Source: Malacoraja senta
Lineage: Eukaryota
Direction of reading: 5' to 3'
NCBI GenBank assembly: GCA_038087875.1
Contig: JAXLNO010000219.1
Location: 62,001-126,000, forward strand
Length of the DNA: 64,000 bases
The position numbers and the translations under genes were made by a program. The notes under the pieces are model-generated. The model searched no databases and was not told the origin of the DNA. It worked only from the letters and a program-made list of their open reading frames with translations. Within the stretch, counting starts at the first letter, position 1. Each line of letters opens with the position of its first letter. Of the stretch, positions 27,390-39,900 are shown one piece after another.

Positions 27390-27700
27390 GTTTAGTTCAG
27401 TTTAGAGATACAGCATGGAAACAGATCCTTCAGCCCACTGAGTCCACGACAATCATTGATCATCTGTTCATACTAATTCTATTTTATTCCACTTACTCCC
27501 ACACTTCCAACACACGAGCCAATTAACCTACAAACCCACACATCTTTGGGATGTGGAAGGAAACCAAGGTATTTGGAGGAAACCCAAGCAATCACAGGAA
27601 GAATGGCCAAATTCCATACAGACAGCACCCAAGGTCAGTTTCAATACCAGGACTCTGGCGCTGTGAGGCAGCAGCTTTACCACTGCGCCACTGTGCTGCC
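27390..27700 (-). mobile_element. V-SINE (HE1-like), near full length
   Basis: Reverse-strand tRNA-like head, V-domain and tctctaaactgaactaaac tail. Confidence 0.75.
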
Positions 27701-27805
27701 CTGATATACTTCTATCATCTCCCCTCAATCTCTGACATACAGCAAAAACAATCCAAATCTATCCAACCTCTCCCTGAAACCCACTAATCTACGCAGTATT
27801 CTAGT

Positions 27806-28035
27806 AAAGGGCCTGTCCCACTTTTTTCGATGACCGGCGGCATCATTGACGTATCAGATCACCAAAAAAATTTGCGCCATAACATGGCATGATGCGGTGT
27901 GACGGCGTGATGACGTATTGACGCGTGGTGTTTTTTCAAGTATCGCAACATTTTTTTGTCGCCGCTGGATTTTGAAATGCTCAAAATCTTTTGGCGACAC
28001 TGATATGACGCCGGCAGTCGCCGAAAAATATCACC
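27806..28035. mobile_element. Harbinger-like MITE remnant inside an old CR1 fragment
   Basis: agggcctgtcccactt terminus and imperfect internal inverted repeats. Confidence 0.45.
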
Positions 28036-30956
28036 CTTAAACCTCCTCGGCACCCTCTACAAAGCCACCACATTTTTCCTGTAATGGGCAACCAGAACTG
28101 CACATAATACTCCAAATACATTGTACATGCTATCTCAGGGTATTTGTGTTCTGGACATGGCATATATTTGTAATCCTTGCGTATCTGCCTGATAACAGCA
28201 GTACGTCATTTAAATTTATTCTTTGATGTGCTCACTAGTTTGCTCAACAGTCTGATCGACAGGTCAGAGAGCCTGTGTCCCCTGTAAGGAGTGGGGCATT
28301 GGTGATGGGTGAGGACATTATTAGGATACTGCGGGTGCTAGTTTTCTAGTGTTGTGGAGCGGTTTTTACTGCATTCTGTAATGCATAATAATGAAGTATA
28401 CACTATTATATTGTGTTATCAAATTGCTAGAAAATCATGAGTAACCGCAAACATTATCATATTTTCGTGGCATTTATATCATGAGAGACAGGAGACAGAG
28501 AGTGACAGAAAATTAAAGGAGATGTAAAAAGATTGAGAGAAAGGCAGCCATAGAAAGAAACAATGAGAGTTGAAGAGAAAAGAGAGACATAGAGAGAAAC
28601 AGTAAACAAAAATGGAGAAGGAAAGAGAATAAAGTCCAACAAAGTGAGGGAGAACATGATAAAGTGACAGAAAAAAGAAAAGGAGTAGGAGCTACAGGGT
28701 TTGATTTATTAACCTGATGATGATTGTTCCATTCCAAAATGAATACAATATCTCTCTCCTACCAGTAATAATAATGAAAATCAACTTATCAAGCCCCATG
28801 CAACCTTTGCCAAGATATTGTGCAACAAATTGAGGGGTATTGAATAAATTTATACAACAAAATAATCACAATACCGAGGATGACTTTCAAAACCTTCTGT
28901 AATTAAATCAATTTTATTGTCTGCTTAGAGACTGATGGATATGTCACATTCAACAAGCATAAATTCTGTGCGAAAACCCAATCTACAGCGAATAAATTCC
29001 CCCTCAGATTGCTCTGCTTGCTTCGACACTGTATTAGACTATAGACTTTGTTATTCCCAGTTACATGCTGATGTGACAGCTGTATCCCCTTCAAGATCAC
29101 TCATTGCCATTATTCCTCATACATTCAGTCTGCTCGTTGACACTAACATAGATTTCTAATTTAAACCAGACCAGCTGCATGCAGGTGAATACCATCAAGA
29201 TGTTTTTTGTTGTAATGGGATAGGTTTATGGAATTTACAGAAGCCAGAAGCTGAATTTCTGTAGCAATTTATATTTGATTAAAGCAGACTGTTCTCTTGA
29301 ATTATGTGTCAGCAGATGGCTATGCAAATCTCCACAGACAAATCCTTCTGGTGCATTTCAGAATTTCCACCACTATATTTCATGTGCCAGGTTACTAAAA
29401 TTAATGGATATTCAAGCAACTCGTATTTAAAGGGGCTACTCATTAATATTTTGCAAAGTCTCCTGTTTTTCCTAATGTAAAATAAAAATCACTGAGAAAA
29501 ACTAATTGTCACATCAGTAACCCCTTAGGCATCAAAGCATCCTCATCAGATATCCTCATCAAGCTGCATTCCCACTGAAGGGGAGTTCTCACTCAGGGTG
29601 GGTTCCCCGAAAAAAAGGAGCACTTCCTCATAGAGTGATAAGGTGTGGAAATAGGCCCTTCGGCCCAATTTGCCCACACCGGCCAACATGTCCCAGCTAC
29701 ACTAGTCCCACCTGCCAGTATTTGGTCCATATCCCTCCCAGCACTTAAATCTCACTTCATTATAAATTTGATATGTGCATTTCTTTATTAAATGTTTAAG
29801 GGAGTACCGAAGTGTTAAGGCCGTGACACCACTTAGCTCAAATACTTAACTTTCTGGAATCTCTAAAAACAATGATACATTCAAAACTATCTTCATTATG
29901 CATATAAATTTACCACAATGAGATATTCTTGTCATACGAGTGCCATTGATTCACCGCCTGGCTTCCTGTGCTCAATATCTATGCTGATGGTTGCTCATTG
30001 AATTGTACCATTTCCACTGATAGGATGACAAGTATATGCCTGTTCACCCTGTCCCACAGTGCTCTCCTTGAAAGAGACATGCTGGATGGTGCATGAAATT
30101 AGCTCCAGGCAGTAGTGCAGAACAGGCAACAGTAAAGCACAGCATATGAACATAGGGGATAGCCAGGAGCTCCACACGAGAGAAGGTAAGAAAGAAGCCA
30201 AACAAAAAATAGGTTGAGATAAAATATTAAATAAGTAATATTAAATATCATTGCTGTGCTTCAAGTTGGTGCCATGAGAGGGCAGTCAGAACATTGTTCT
30301 AACGTCATTCAAAAGTCAGTACCTACAATGAAGTAATATTTCCTCAGTCGTGCCTTCAAGTTCAGCATAGGTTTTTACATTCTTCTCCGAGGTACAACTT
30401 GCACCTGTTGCATTCTTGCTCAGAGGCAGCTAAGCCCCAGCTGAGGCCTGAGAAGGGAAGGTCCCAACATAATCCCAAACAATGCAAATGATATAAGAGT
30501 CAAAGCAAGAATAATAGACAATTGCAAACTAAAAGGGAGACAGAATAAATAGAAAACAGGCAATAAATTTAAAAAATACATACTTAAATAATATAATTTC
30601 CCTTGGCATGATTAGTGTGATTAAGTGCCATATAAACTTAGTTGGAATATCTGTTCACATAATGGCACAGGGAATCCAATGATTTTCACCAGATTAGTAC
30701 AAAGGATGGCAGATTTGCCCTGTGAGAACAAATTGCATTGACCATTCTAGATTTTTGAAGATCTCACTGAAAGTTATAAAATCATTATAGGGCTTAACAC
30801 AGAGGATGCAGGGAAGCGGTTTCGCCTGACTGGGGAATGCAGAATCAGGACTCACATCTCAGAATAAGGATAGACACCATGTGTTGGAGTAATTCAGCAG
30901 GTCAGCAAATAACTGGAGAAAAAGGATGGGTGACGTTTCGCGTCGGGTCCCTTCAA

Positions 30957-31386
30957 AGAATGGATCGACAGGGCTTGTATTCACTGGAATTTAGAAGGAT
31001 GAGAGGGGATCTTATAGAAACATATATAATTCTTAAGGGATTGGACAGGCTAGATGCAGGAAAAATGTTCCCGATGTTGGGGGAGTCCAGAACCAGGTGT
31101 CACAGTTTAAGGGGTGGGCCATTTAGGACTGAGATTGAGGAAAAACATTTTCACCCAGAAAGTTGTGAATCTGTGGAATTCTCTGCCACAGAAGGCAGTG
31201 GAGGCCAATTCACTGGATGTATTCAAGATGGAGTTAGATATAGCTCAGGGCTAACTGAATCAAGGGATATGGGGAGAAAGGAGGAACGGGATACTGATTT
31301 TGGATGAACAGCCATGATCATATTGGATGGAGGTGCTGGCTCAAAGGGCCGAATGGCCTACTCCTGCACCTATTTTCTATGTTTCT
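30957..31386 (+). mobile_element. 5'-truncated CR1 LINE
   Basis: GLYSLEFRRMRGDLIETY..., 3' UTR gggccgaatggcctactcctgcacc and ttctatgtttct tail. Confidence 0.85.
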
Positions 31387-32942
31387 TCATAAAGAGTTGG
31401 CCTGAGATGAGCAGAAATATTGACACTCAGTAAGTGGTGAGTTTGGAGTATTCTCAGAGTGGCTTTGTTGCTCATTCATTGAGTTCATACAAAACAGAGA
31501 TTGACAGACTTTTAATATGAAAATAATTAATGGATGTGGGGATTAGTGCAGGGAATAGAACTAAAGCCATGACCTTGATGAATGACGGAATAGGTTTGAA
31601 AACTGAGAAAAATGCAGACACTGTAAATCTGAGATGCAAATACAAAATGCCGGATATACTCAGAAGGTCAGGCAGCATCCGTGGAAAGAGAAACAGACCA
31701 AATAAAGGTCTCAGGTCTGAAACACAACTTGTTTCTCTTTCACAGAGTTTCTACTTTGAACAGCAGAGAGGTTTGAAATAGGACTAAATAGCCTATTTCT
31801 GCTCCAAATTCATGTGTTCTTATGCATCATCTCATGTGCCTCAGAGTCCCCCAGTCAAAGGTTGTTGACCAAGTTCTGATCTTTACCTTCTCGATCTCTG
31901 CCAAGATTTTCCCTCAATGGTTCATTTCAACAGAAATAAAAGGATCAGGCTATAATTTGAGAGAATAATTTATTGTTATTCTTAATGTGAATCATGGGCA
32001 GCTGATTGGTCTGAAGTTGGGAACTCAATTACGCACTCCACAGAAGATAGCAGATGTAAAACGGTGCCTCCATCAGTACGCTAACAACTGGGCTCACATA
32101 GTGCTGGAGGAATACTGTGGGTCAAGCAGCATCTGTAGATGACTTTTCAGTTCAGACCCTGCTTCAGTCTGAAGAAAGGTCCCAATCGGACCGAAACATC
32201 ATCTATATTTCCTCCACAATGCTGCCTAAACTGTTGAGTTCCTTCAGCACTTTGTGCTTTGCTCAAGATTAACACACCTGTAGTTCCCTGTGTCTCTCTA
32301 ACAATTGGGGCAAACTCCCTGCAGAGCCAGTGAGCTAGAGCACTTCCAATTGCATTATAACATGCTTTAACTTGCTTCGAAAAGTGTCCGTGATAAGAGC
32401 TCCGCACTTATATTTTGTATTGTTCCCGAAGAAAGCAGGCAAAATTAATCACATTATGTTTAATGAAATCCACCAGAAGTCATGTTTCCATGACAGTTTC
32501 AGCAACAATTAAAATTAAACTACTGAATAACAGGAAATTATTTTGAATAAAGCAGGTAAAAGAAAATTAAAATGAAATCAGAATTTGAAATACATTTCCC
32601 CAGTGTGAAACCAAATCATACAGATAAAGTACATTCCCAGTTTGATTGGTGGATTATAATGAGTTGGCAGCCAGTTTCTGTGGAAGGTTAAACCCCTGTC
32701 TCACTGTGCGAGCTGACCCACGAGGTACCCCGAGTTTAAAACAAATTTAACTCGTGGTAATCACGTACAATTAACGTAGCGGGAACGTCGGAACTCGTGG
32801 ACGCAACTTAGCGACTCTTGGCGCTAACGGCAGGTACCCGTGAAACTTGTTAACTCTTGAAAAAGTTCAAACATGTTTAAACTTTTCCACGAGTAAAATG
32901 TACTCTTGTGGTTAAAAATTGAAACATTTAAACTCGTTGTTA

Positions 32943-33520
32943 AGGCTCTGTCTTACCTGTTTGCGGTCATCGGCGGTGAAGCGCGGCGTCGCCGGTAGAG
33001 GGGACCGCACGGCAACGGCGAGAGCGCCGAGCCTATCCACGGGAGCGCCGCACGGATGCTGCGCGGGGGCCGAGTAATTCATATACGGCTGGTCCCACGT
33101 GCTTGCGGTAAGTAAAAAAAAGGGTGGGCCGACTGCGATGACGTCGGCCCACCGCACGTGACTCACAAGCGGCGGCTGTGGCGGCGGCCGTCCTGATCGC
33201 GGCGCTGTAGTGGTGGCTGTGCCTGCGGCCGTGCCGCACACGTGCCTCACTGGCGGAGGCTGTGGCAGTGGAAGTTTGACGCACGGCGCTCGAGCCACAC
33301 TGCGGCCCGTGCGGGCGGCCGTGCCGCACTCGTGCATCACTGGTGGAGGTTGTGCGGTAAGAATATAGTTTTCAACAGTGTAGGTTTTATTTTAGCACCG
33401 TGCGTTGTTGGGAACACCGCCGCACGGCCCCGGAATTGTGCGTTCTCACGAGTGCACGGTCTATGGCGGCAGATTCTTCCCGTTTCGCCGCCAATGACCG
33501 CAGACACGTGAGACAGGCCT
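32943..33520. mobile_element. GC-rich MITE nested in the Harbinger-like element
   Basis: TIRs aggctctgtcttacctgtttgcggtcatcggcggtgaa / ttcgccgccaatgaccgcagacacgtgagacaggcct, flanked by TTA(A) on both sides. Confidence 0.75.
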
Positions 33521-33789
33521 TTAAGAACGTAGTGGCCCGTGTGTTTACCTTTGTGACTCGTGAGACTACCATGGGAACTCTTTAACTCAGCGGGCAGGCA
33601 GCATCTCTGGAGAGAAGGAATGGGTGATGGGATGACATTTCCAAATTGGGGGGGGTGGGGGTTGGAGCAGGGAGGGGGGGTGGAGAGAGGGTGGAGTGTG
33701 GAGGGAGAGGATGGGGAGACAGATGGGGGTGTCTTCATTCACTAGCAGCGGGTGCCGGTCACTGAAACAGGCAGGTGAGATTTCACGTC

Positions 33790-34490
33790 CACCTTGTGTG
33801 TGTGTGTCTCTCTCTCCCTCCCTCCCTCTCACACAGGCTGAGAGACTCTGCCTCTGTGAGTGTACGTCTCTTTCTCCCCCTCTCCCTCACACAGTAAGAC
33901 CGAGGTAAGTCCATCTGTGTAAGTCCGTCTGTGTCTCCCACATACACAGTAAAACTCTGCTTTGTGTGTATATACATCTCCCCCCATTTCTCTCTTCCCC
34001 CCCGCCTCTCTATTTCTCCCCCTACCTCTCTCTTTCTCCCCCACACACAATAAGACCAATGTATTCTGCTTAGTCTCTCTTCCCTCCCACACACACAGAT
34101 AGACCGAGGTCCTGTGCGCTCTTTCTCTCTCCCCCACAGTCACGCCGAAGTACACCACACTGCCTCTGTGCCTCTCTCTCTCTCTCTCTCTCCCCCTTTC
34201 TCCTTCATACACAGTCAGAGGTCCACACTGTCTCTGTGTCTCTCTCTCCCCTACACACAAACACAGACTGAGGTACACACTGCCCGTTGTGTGTGTGTGT
34301 GTCTGCCTCTGTCTCTCTCACCCACACAGTTAAAGGTACTCCACGCTGCCTGTGTGTGTGTGTGTGTCTCTCTCTCTCTCTCTGTCCCACCCCCCCCACA
34401 GTCAGTCAGTCAGAGGAACTCCATACTGTGTGTGCGTGTGTGCCACTGTCTCTCCCTATCACAGTCAGAGTGAGGTACTCCCCCCGCAGT
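33790..34490. repeat. Degenerate compound (GT)n/(CT)n minisatellite
   Basis: Repeated units of tgtgtgtctctctctccc...cacacagt...gaggt. Confidence 0.75.
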
Positions 34491-34886
34491 CTCTCCGCGG
34501 CCTCTCCCCGGGCAGGGTGCATGTGCCTCCCTCAGGCTGCCCAGGCAGTCAGACACGACTCCGGTGGCGGGCTCCATGCACAGCTCCTGCCGGCCGGCTG
34601 GCAGCGGCGACGGAGGACAGGGGGAAGTTGGCCACCGGGAGATAACCTGTTTTATTACATATCGATGTCTGAAGAAGGGACTCGACCCGAAACGTCACCC
34701 ATTCTTTCTCTCCAGAGATGCTGCCTGTCCCGCTGAGTTGTTCCAGCTTTTTGTGTTTATCTTCGACCATTTAATTAACTTTTTAAAGAAACTTATAAAA
34801 TGTGCAAACGTTTTGACCATGTGGGGAATATTTGAATAACTTGTAAATAAGTCACATTTCGAATGGCAATGTAATGGAGCTTAGAA

Positions 34887-35076
34887 TTCCGGTGGCGTCA
34901 TGTTAGACTAACAGACGTGCACCCAGCTCCTCTCCCGAAAAACTTCACGATTTATCGTGTAAAACGGGTCCGAAAATCGGGATTGTTTTTAAAAACCTTA
35001 CCGGAGCTTCTGGTTACCGCGCTGATGACGTCATCGTTAAACGCGATGTTTTAAACGGTGGTTTGAAGCCCTTTAA
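34887..35076 (+). promoter_or_regulatory. L1 5' UTR, putative internal promoter
   Basis: CpG-rich; ETS-like TTCCGG at the start; perfect CRE TGACGTCA at 35026-35033. Confidence 0.45.
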
Positions 35077-36147
35077 ATGAGTAAATTGACTCCAGCTGTG
35101 AGCCCTCAGAGAGCTGTGAATAAACTGTCGAAACAGTTCGAAACTGAAGTTACCTCTGAAGTCTCTGAAGTGGCTGCAGAAATGGATACAAGATCTAAGA
35201 AAGACTTTGATGACTTGAAAAAATCAATGAAAAATTTGAAAGATGAGATCTCGGATAATAGGGTGGAAGATAAGAAGGAAATGAAGGAAAATTCGGCAAA
35301 AATGATGGAAGGAATGCAGAAGATGATGAAGGATTTAAATGCTGGTAACCAGAAGAATATGACGGATTTACTGGACACTATGAATAAACGAATTGATGAG
35401 GTGAAAGATGGACTATCAGAGAAAATGGATAAGATGGATGTAATTACTACGGATAAGTTCACGGCTGTACTTGAAACAGTAGCTGCAAGTATGCAGACAA
35501 TTACGGAATTGGAGAAAAATACGGCACGACTGGTTGAAGACATGGCGAAATTGAGGCAAGAACATGAGCAAATGAGGCGAGAAAACGAACAAGCATCACT
35601 ACAAATGGGGACTCAATTAGAGAAAGTCTCATTCAAATGCCTGGACCTGGAAGCTCGTTCTAGACGCCAGAATCTGAGGATTCTTGGTGTTTCAGAGGGG
35701 GCAGAAGGGGAACAGGTACGTGAATTTGCCATGGGCTTGTTGAAACAACTGTTGAATCTTCCCAAGGAACCGAAAATCGAAGTGGCTCATCGTGTCCCAA
35801 GATTTGGAAAAAGATTTGATGCGGGAAAAGCTTATCCACGACATATTATAGTGAAATTTCGAGACACTGCAGAACTGGAATATGTTATGACAAAAATCAA
35901 ATATGGTGTACAATTACGGCTGGACAAAGACACTATTAAGATATTCAGGGACTACCCACATGAAATTGTGCAAAAAAGAAACAAATTTGATAAGGTTAAA
36001 GATCTTTTAAGAGGGAGAGAAGGGGTCAGATTCGGGGTTTTTTATCCCGCTAAAATGCGTATTTCTTTTAATGGTCTTGAAAAGTCATTTGTTAAGCCTG
36101 AAGACGCTTTCAAATATGCCCAAACGATTGTTGAAAGACAGAAATAA
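35077..36147 (+). CDS. L1 ORF1p (coiled coil, RRM, CTD), 356 aa
   Basis: Heptad-rich N-half, DLEARSRRQNLRILGV, IEVAHRV, PRHIIVKF, IFRDY, YPAKMRI. Confidence 0.92.
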   Translation: MSKLTPAVSPQRAVNKLSKQFETEVTSEVSEVAAEMDTRSKKDFDDLKKSMKNLKDEISDNRVEDKKEMKENSAKMMEGMQKMMKDLNAGNQKNMTDLLDTMNKRIDEVKDGLSEKMDKMDVITTDKFTAVLETVAASMQTITELEKNTARLVEDMAKLRQEHEQMRRENEQASLQMGTQLEKVSFKCLDLEARSRRQNLRILGVSEGAEGEQVREFAMGLLKQLLNLPKEPKIEVAHRVPRFGKRFDAGKAYPRHIIVKFRDTAELEYVMTKIKYGVQLRLDKDTIKIFRDYPHEIVQKRNKFDKVKDLLRGREGVRFGVFYPAKMRISFNGLEKSFVKPEDAFKYAQTIVERQK

Positions 36148-36954
36148 AAGGGAGCTTTGGCAGATCCGAATAATTCTCAGCTATGTTTTGTCTGGGGATA
36201 GTTACATTGTTATCTCCGGAATGTTGAAGCAAGGACATTTTCTGTTCAAAACGTGTAAACAACTTTATAACGGGATATGAATTAGAAAATAATTGCTTAT
36301 TGATTAAAATGTTATAACCAATTGTAAGAACTTATCCTATTAACAACTTTAAAAGTTATGCAGGTTAGATTAGAATACTAACAAAAAAAACAAAAAAATA
36401 ATGAACTAACATACTAATATGAATTTTTAATAAATTGTAACCTTGTCTATAAGCGGGAGGAGGGGATGAGAAACGAGCTCCTGGCTTATGTCCAGGAGCA
36501 CGTCTCGTTAACCCCTTCAACCAACAGCTGATTCTTATTGAAATCAAAAATATTGGTTTAATAATTAAACTCTGATATATATATATATGTTATAAGGAAA
36601 TATCAGGGTAAAATTGTATTATATATATGAATGTGAGGCCTCGTTTTAATATTTTAATATGTTATGATTAACTAAGAGAGCGGAGCGAGTTGAGCAACAA
36701 CGCAATGGAAGTCAAAATAAGGTTTTTTCCCACCTACAGGTGGGTCACTTGCTACAGTGCCGACTATAGACACTGTAGCCTCACTTTTTTAGTTTTTTTT
36801 TTATTACATAAAATCACTTGTTTGTGTTTTGTGTTTAGTGATAAGAATAATATGGACATACCAACAAAAGTTAATAATTCAAAAACTCCCCCAATACCTA
36901 AAGACCTGGGATATGGACGCACCACAAGATTCAAAGGTACTATAATTATTCAAA

Positions 36955-39900
36955 ATGCATGACACCACACAAAAGAACCTAGGAGGAGTCTCATTTTGTA
37001 GTTGGAATATAAGAGGTATTAATGAACCTATCAAAAGGGGTAAGATATTAGCTCAGCTAAAAATGTATAATTCTGACATTACCTTCCTACAAGAAACACA
37101 CCTAAAACCTCAGGACCAAGTTAGGCTGAGGGCGAAATGGATAGGTCAAACATACCACTCTTCATTCACTTCAAAATCTAGAGGCACGTCAATTATCATA
37201 AGAAAAGGTATACCATTTAAAGCAAAGAATATTATAACAGATATAGAAGGGAGATACCTAATAGTTAATGGAGAAATCCATGACACTCCACTTACTTTGG
37301 TAAATATATATGCCCCTAACTTTGATAACCCCCACTTTTTCAATAAAATCTTCAATATAATTGCAGAGTCAAACTATCAAAATGTTATAATAGGCGGAGA
37401 CTTTAACTGTGTTTTAGACCCGTACTTAGATAAATCAAGTCAAAAACAGAGAGGGAATATGAAATCGAAAACTGGGGAACTCCTCAATACCTACATAAAC
37501 AACACTAATATAGCAGATGTTTGGAGAATTGTGAATCCAACTGGCAGGGAATATTCGTTTTACTCAATGGTACATAAGACATACTCACGTATAGACTACT
37601 TTCTGCTGGATACAAAATTAATCCCCCAAACATCTAATGCAATATATCATACAAATTCAATTTCAGACCATTCTCCACTAACTTTCTTTTTAAAACTGGA
37701 AGGATTGTCTAAGAATAATTCATTCTGGAGATTTAACTCTCAAATTTTAAAAGATCCACAAGCGAGTATATATTTAAAAGAACAAATGGAGGTCTTTTTT
37801 CAAACAAATGATACTTCAGATATATCGCCTACTTTACTTTGGGAATCTTTTAAAGCATACATTAGGGGTATTATAATTTCATATCAAGCTTTTCAAAATA
37901 AAAAGAATAAGAATGAACAAAGACAGTTAGAAGAACTTATTAGACAAATGGATATAGATAATGCTAAAGATCCATCAATAGATAAACATAATAAAATAAT
38001 AATTTTAAAATTTAAATTAAATAAATTATTATCTGCCAAACTTATAAGACTTTTTCAAATTACAAAACAAGAGCACTTTGAATTTGGGGATAAACCGCAT
38101 AAACTTTTGGCTCGCCAGCTAAAAAAACGAGAAAAGGAACATACTATACCAAAGATCAAATCAGATAAAGGGGAATTATTAACAACACCGAAGGATATTA
38201 ATAAAAGATTTGCGCAATTTTACGAGAATTTGTATACATCTAAAACGACAATTGATTCCAATAATATCACAAAGTTCTTGGATACCTGTAATCTTCCAAA
38301 GTTAGAGCTGAAGGAACAAGAGGAACTGGGTGCACAAATCTCAATTAAGGAATTAGAAGATACAATAAACTCACTAAAAAATGGAAAAACACCAGGCCCT
38401 GATGGATTTACTAATGAATTTTATAAAAACTTTTATGATAAAATAATACCAAGATTACAAAAAATGTACCAATACGCTTTTAAAAAACGAATACTACCTG
38501 ATACATTAGCGGAATCAACGATTACATTAATACCTAAGAAAAATAAGGATTTAGAAGAACCTGGCTCATATAGAGCTATAGCATTGTTAAACACAGATCA
38601 AAAAATATTAGCGAAAACATTAGCCAGAAGATTAAGTAAATACATTAGTAAATTAATAAACCCAGATCAGACAGGGTTTATCCCTAAGAGATACTCTTCT
38701 AATAATATGAGACGTCTACTCAACATAATGCACTCACACAAATCTGAAGATCAAGAATTATCAATTATTTCGCTGGATGCTGAAAAAGCATTTGATCAAG
38801 TAGAATGGAATTATATGGATAAAGTATTACAAAAATTTCAACTGGGAGAGAATTTTATTTTATGGATTAAGTTACTATATAACAAACCTACAGCTAGAAT
38901 ACTTACTAATAACATATTATCCTCGAAATTTCAACTATCAAGGGGAAATAGACAAGGATGCTCATTATCACCACAGCTGTTTGCTCTCATTATTGAACCG
39001 CTAGCAGAAAAAATTAGAATACACCCTGATATTCATGGATATAATACTAAAGACTCATATAATAAAATATCTTTATACGCGGATGATATATTATTGTATA
39101 TTACAAAACCTCAAATCACTATACCAAATATATTAAATTTAATTGAAGACTTCGGATCTTTTTCTGGATATAGAATAAATTGGAATAAAAGTGAAATTAT
39201 GTCAATAAAACCGAAAGATTCAACACATCTTTTAAAATTCCCTTTTAAAATAGCTACAGAAAAATTTAAATATTTGGGAATCGAAATTACCAGAGCATAT
39301 CAAGGTATGCTCAGGGCAAATTTTGACCCCCTACTTAATAAACTGAATACATTAATTAAATTCTGGAAAACGCTTCCGATGTCTTTAATAGGCCGAATAA
39401 ACGCAATAAAAATGATCTTTTTACCACAAATTTTATACCTATTTCAATCAATTCCTATATACTTACCTAAGAAGTTTTTTAAAAAACTCGACTCAGATAT
39501 CACTAATTTTATATGGGACTATAAATCACATAGAATACAAAAAACCCATCTGAATAAATCTAAAGTATTGGGGGGTCTAGCACTACCCAATTTTATGTAT
39601 TATTATTGGTCAGTAAATATTAAAAACATGATTCAACTGATGGATAACTCCGCCCAGCAAGTAGACTGGATTGTAATGGAGAAAGAGGATTGCTCCTCTA
39701 GAAACATTGGAGCGATCCTCCTCTCTCCAATGAAATTGAATAACATAAACTATAATAAGAACCCAATTATTCATAGTACAATCCGTATTTGGAAACAAAT
39801 AAAACAAAATTTAAAATTAAGAAACTTATCACTTTTATTACCTATAGTCAATAACCCTTCGTTTAGTCCTTCTATTATAGATAAAGCTTATACACAATGG

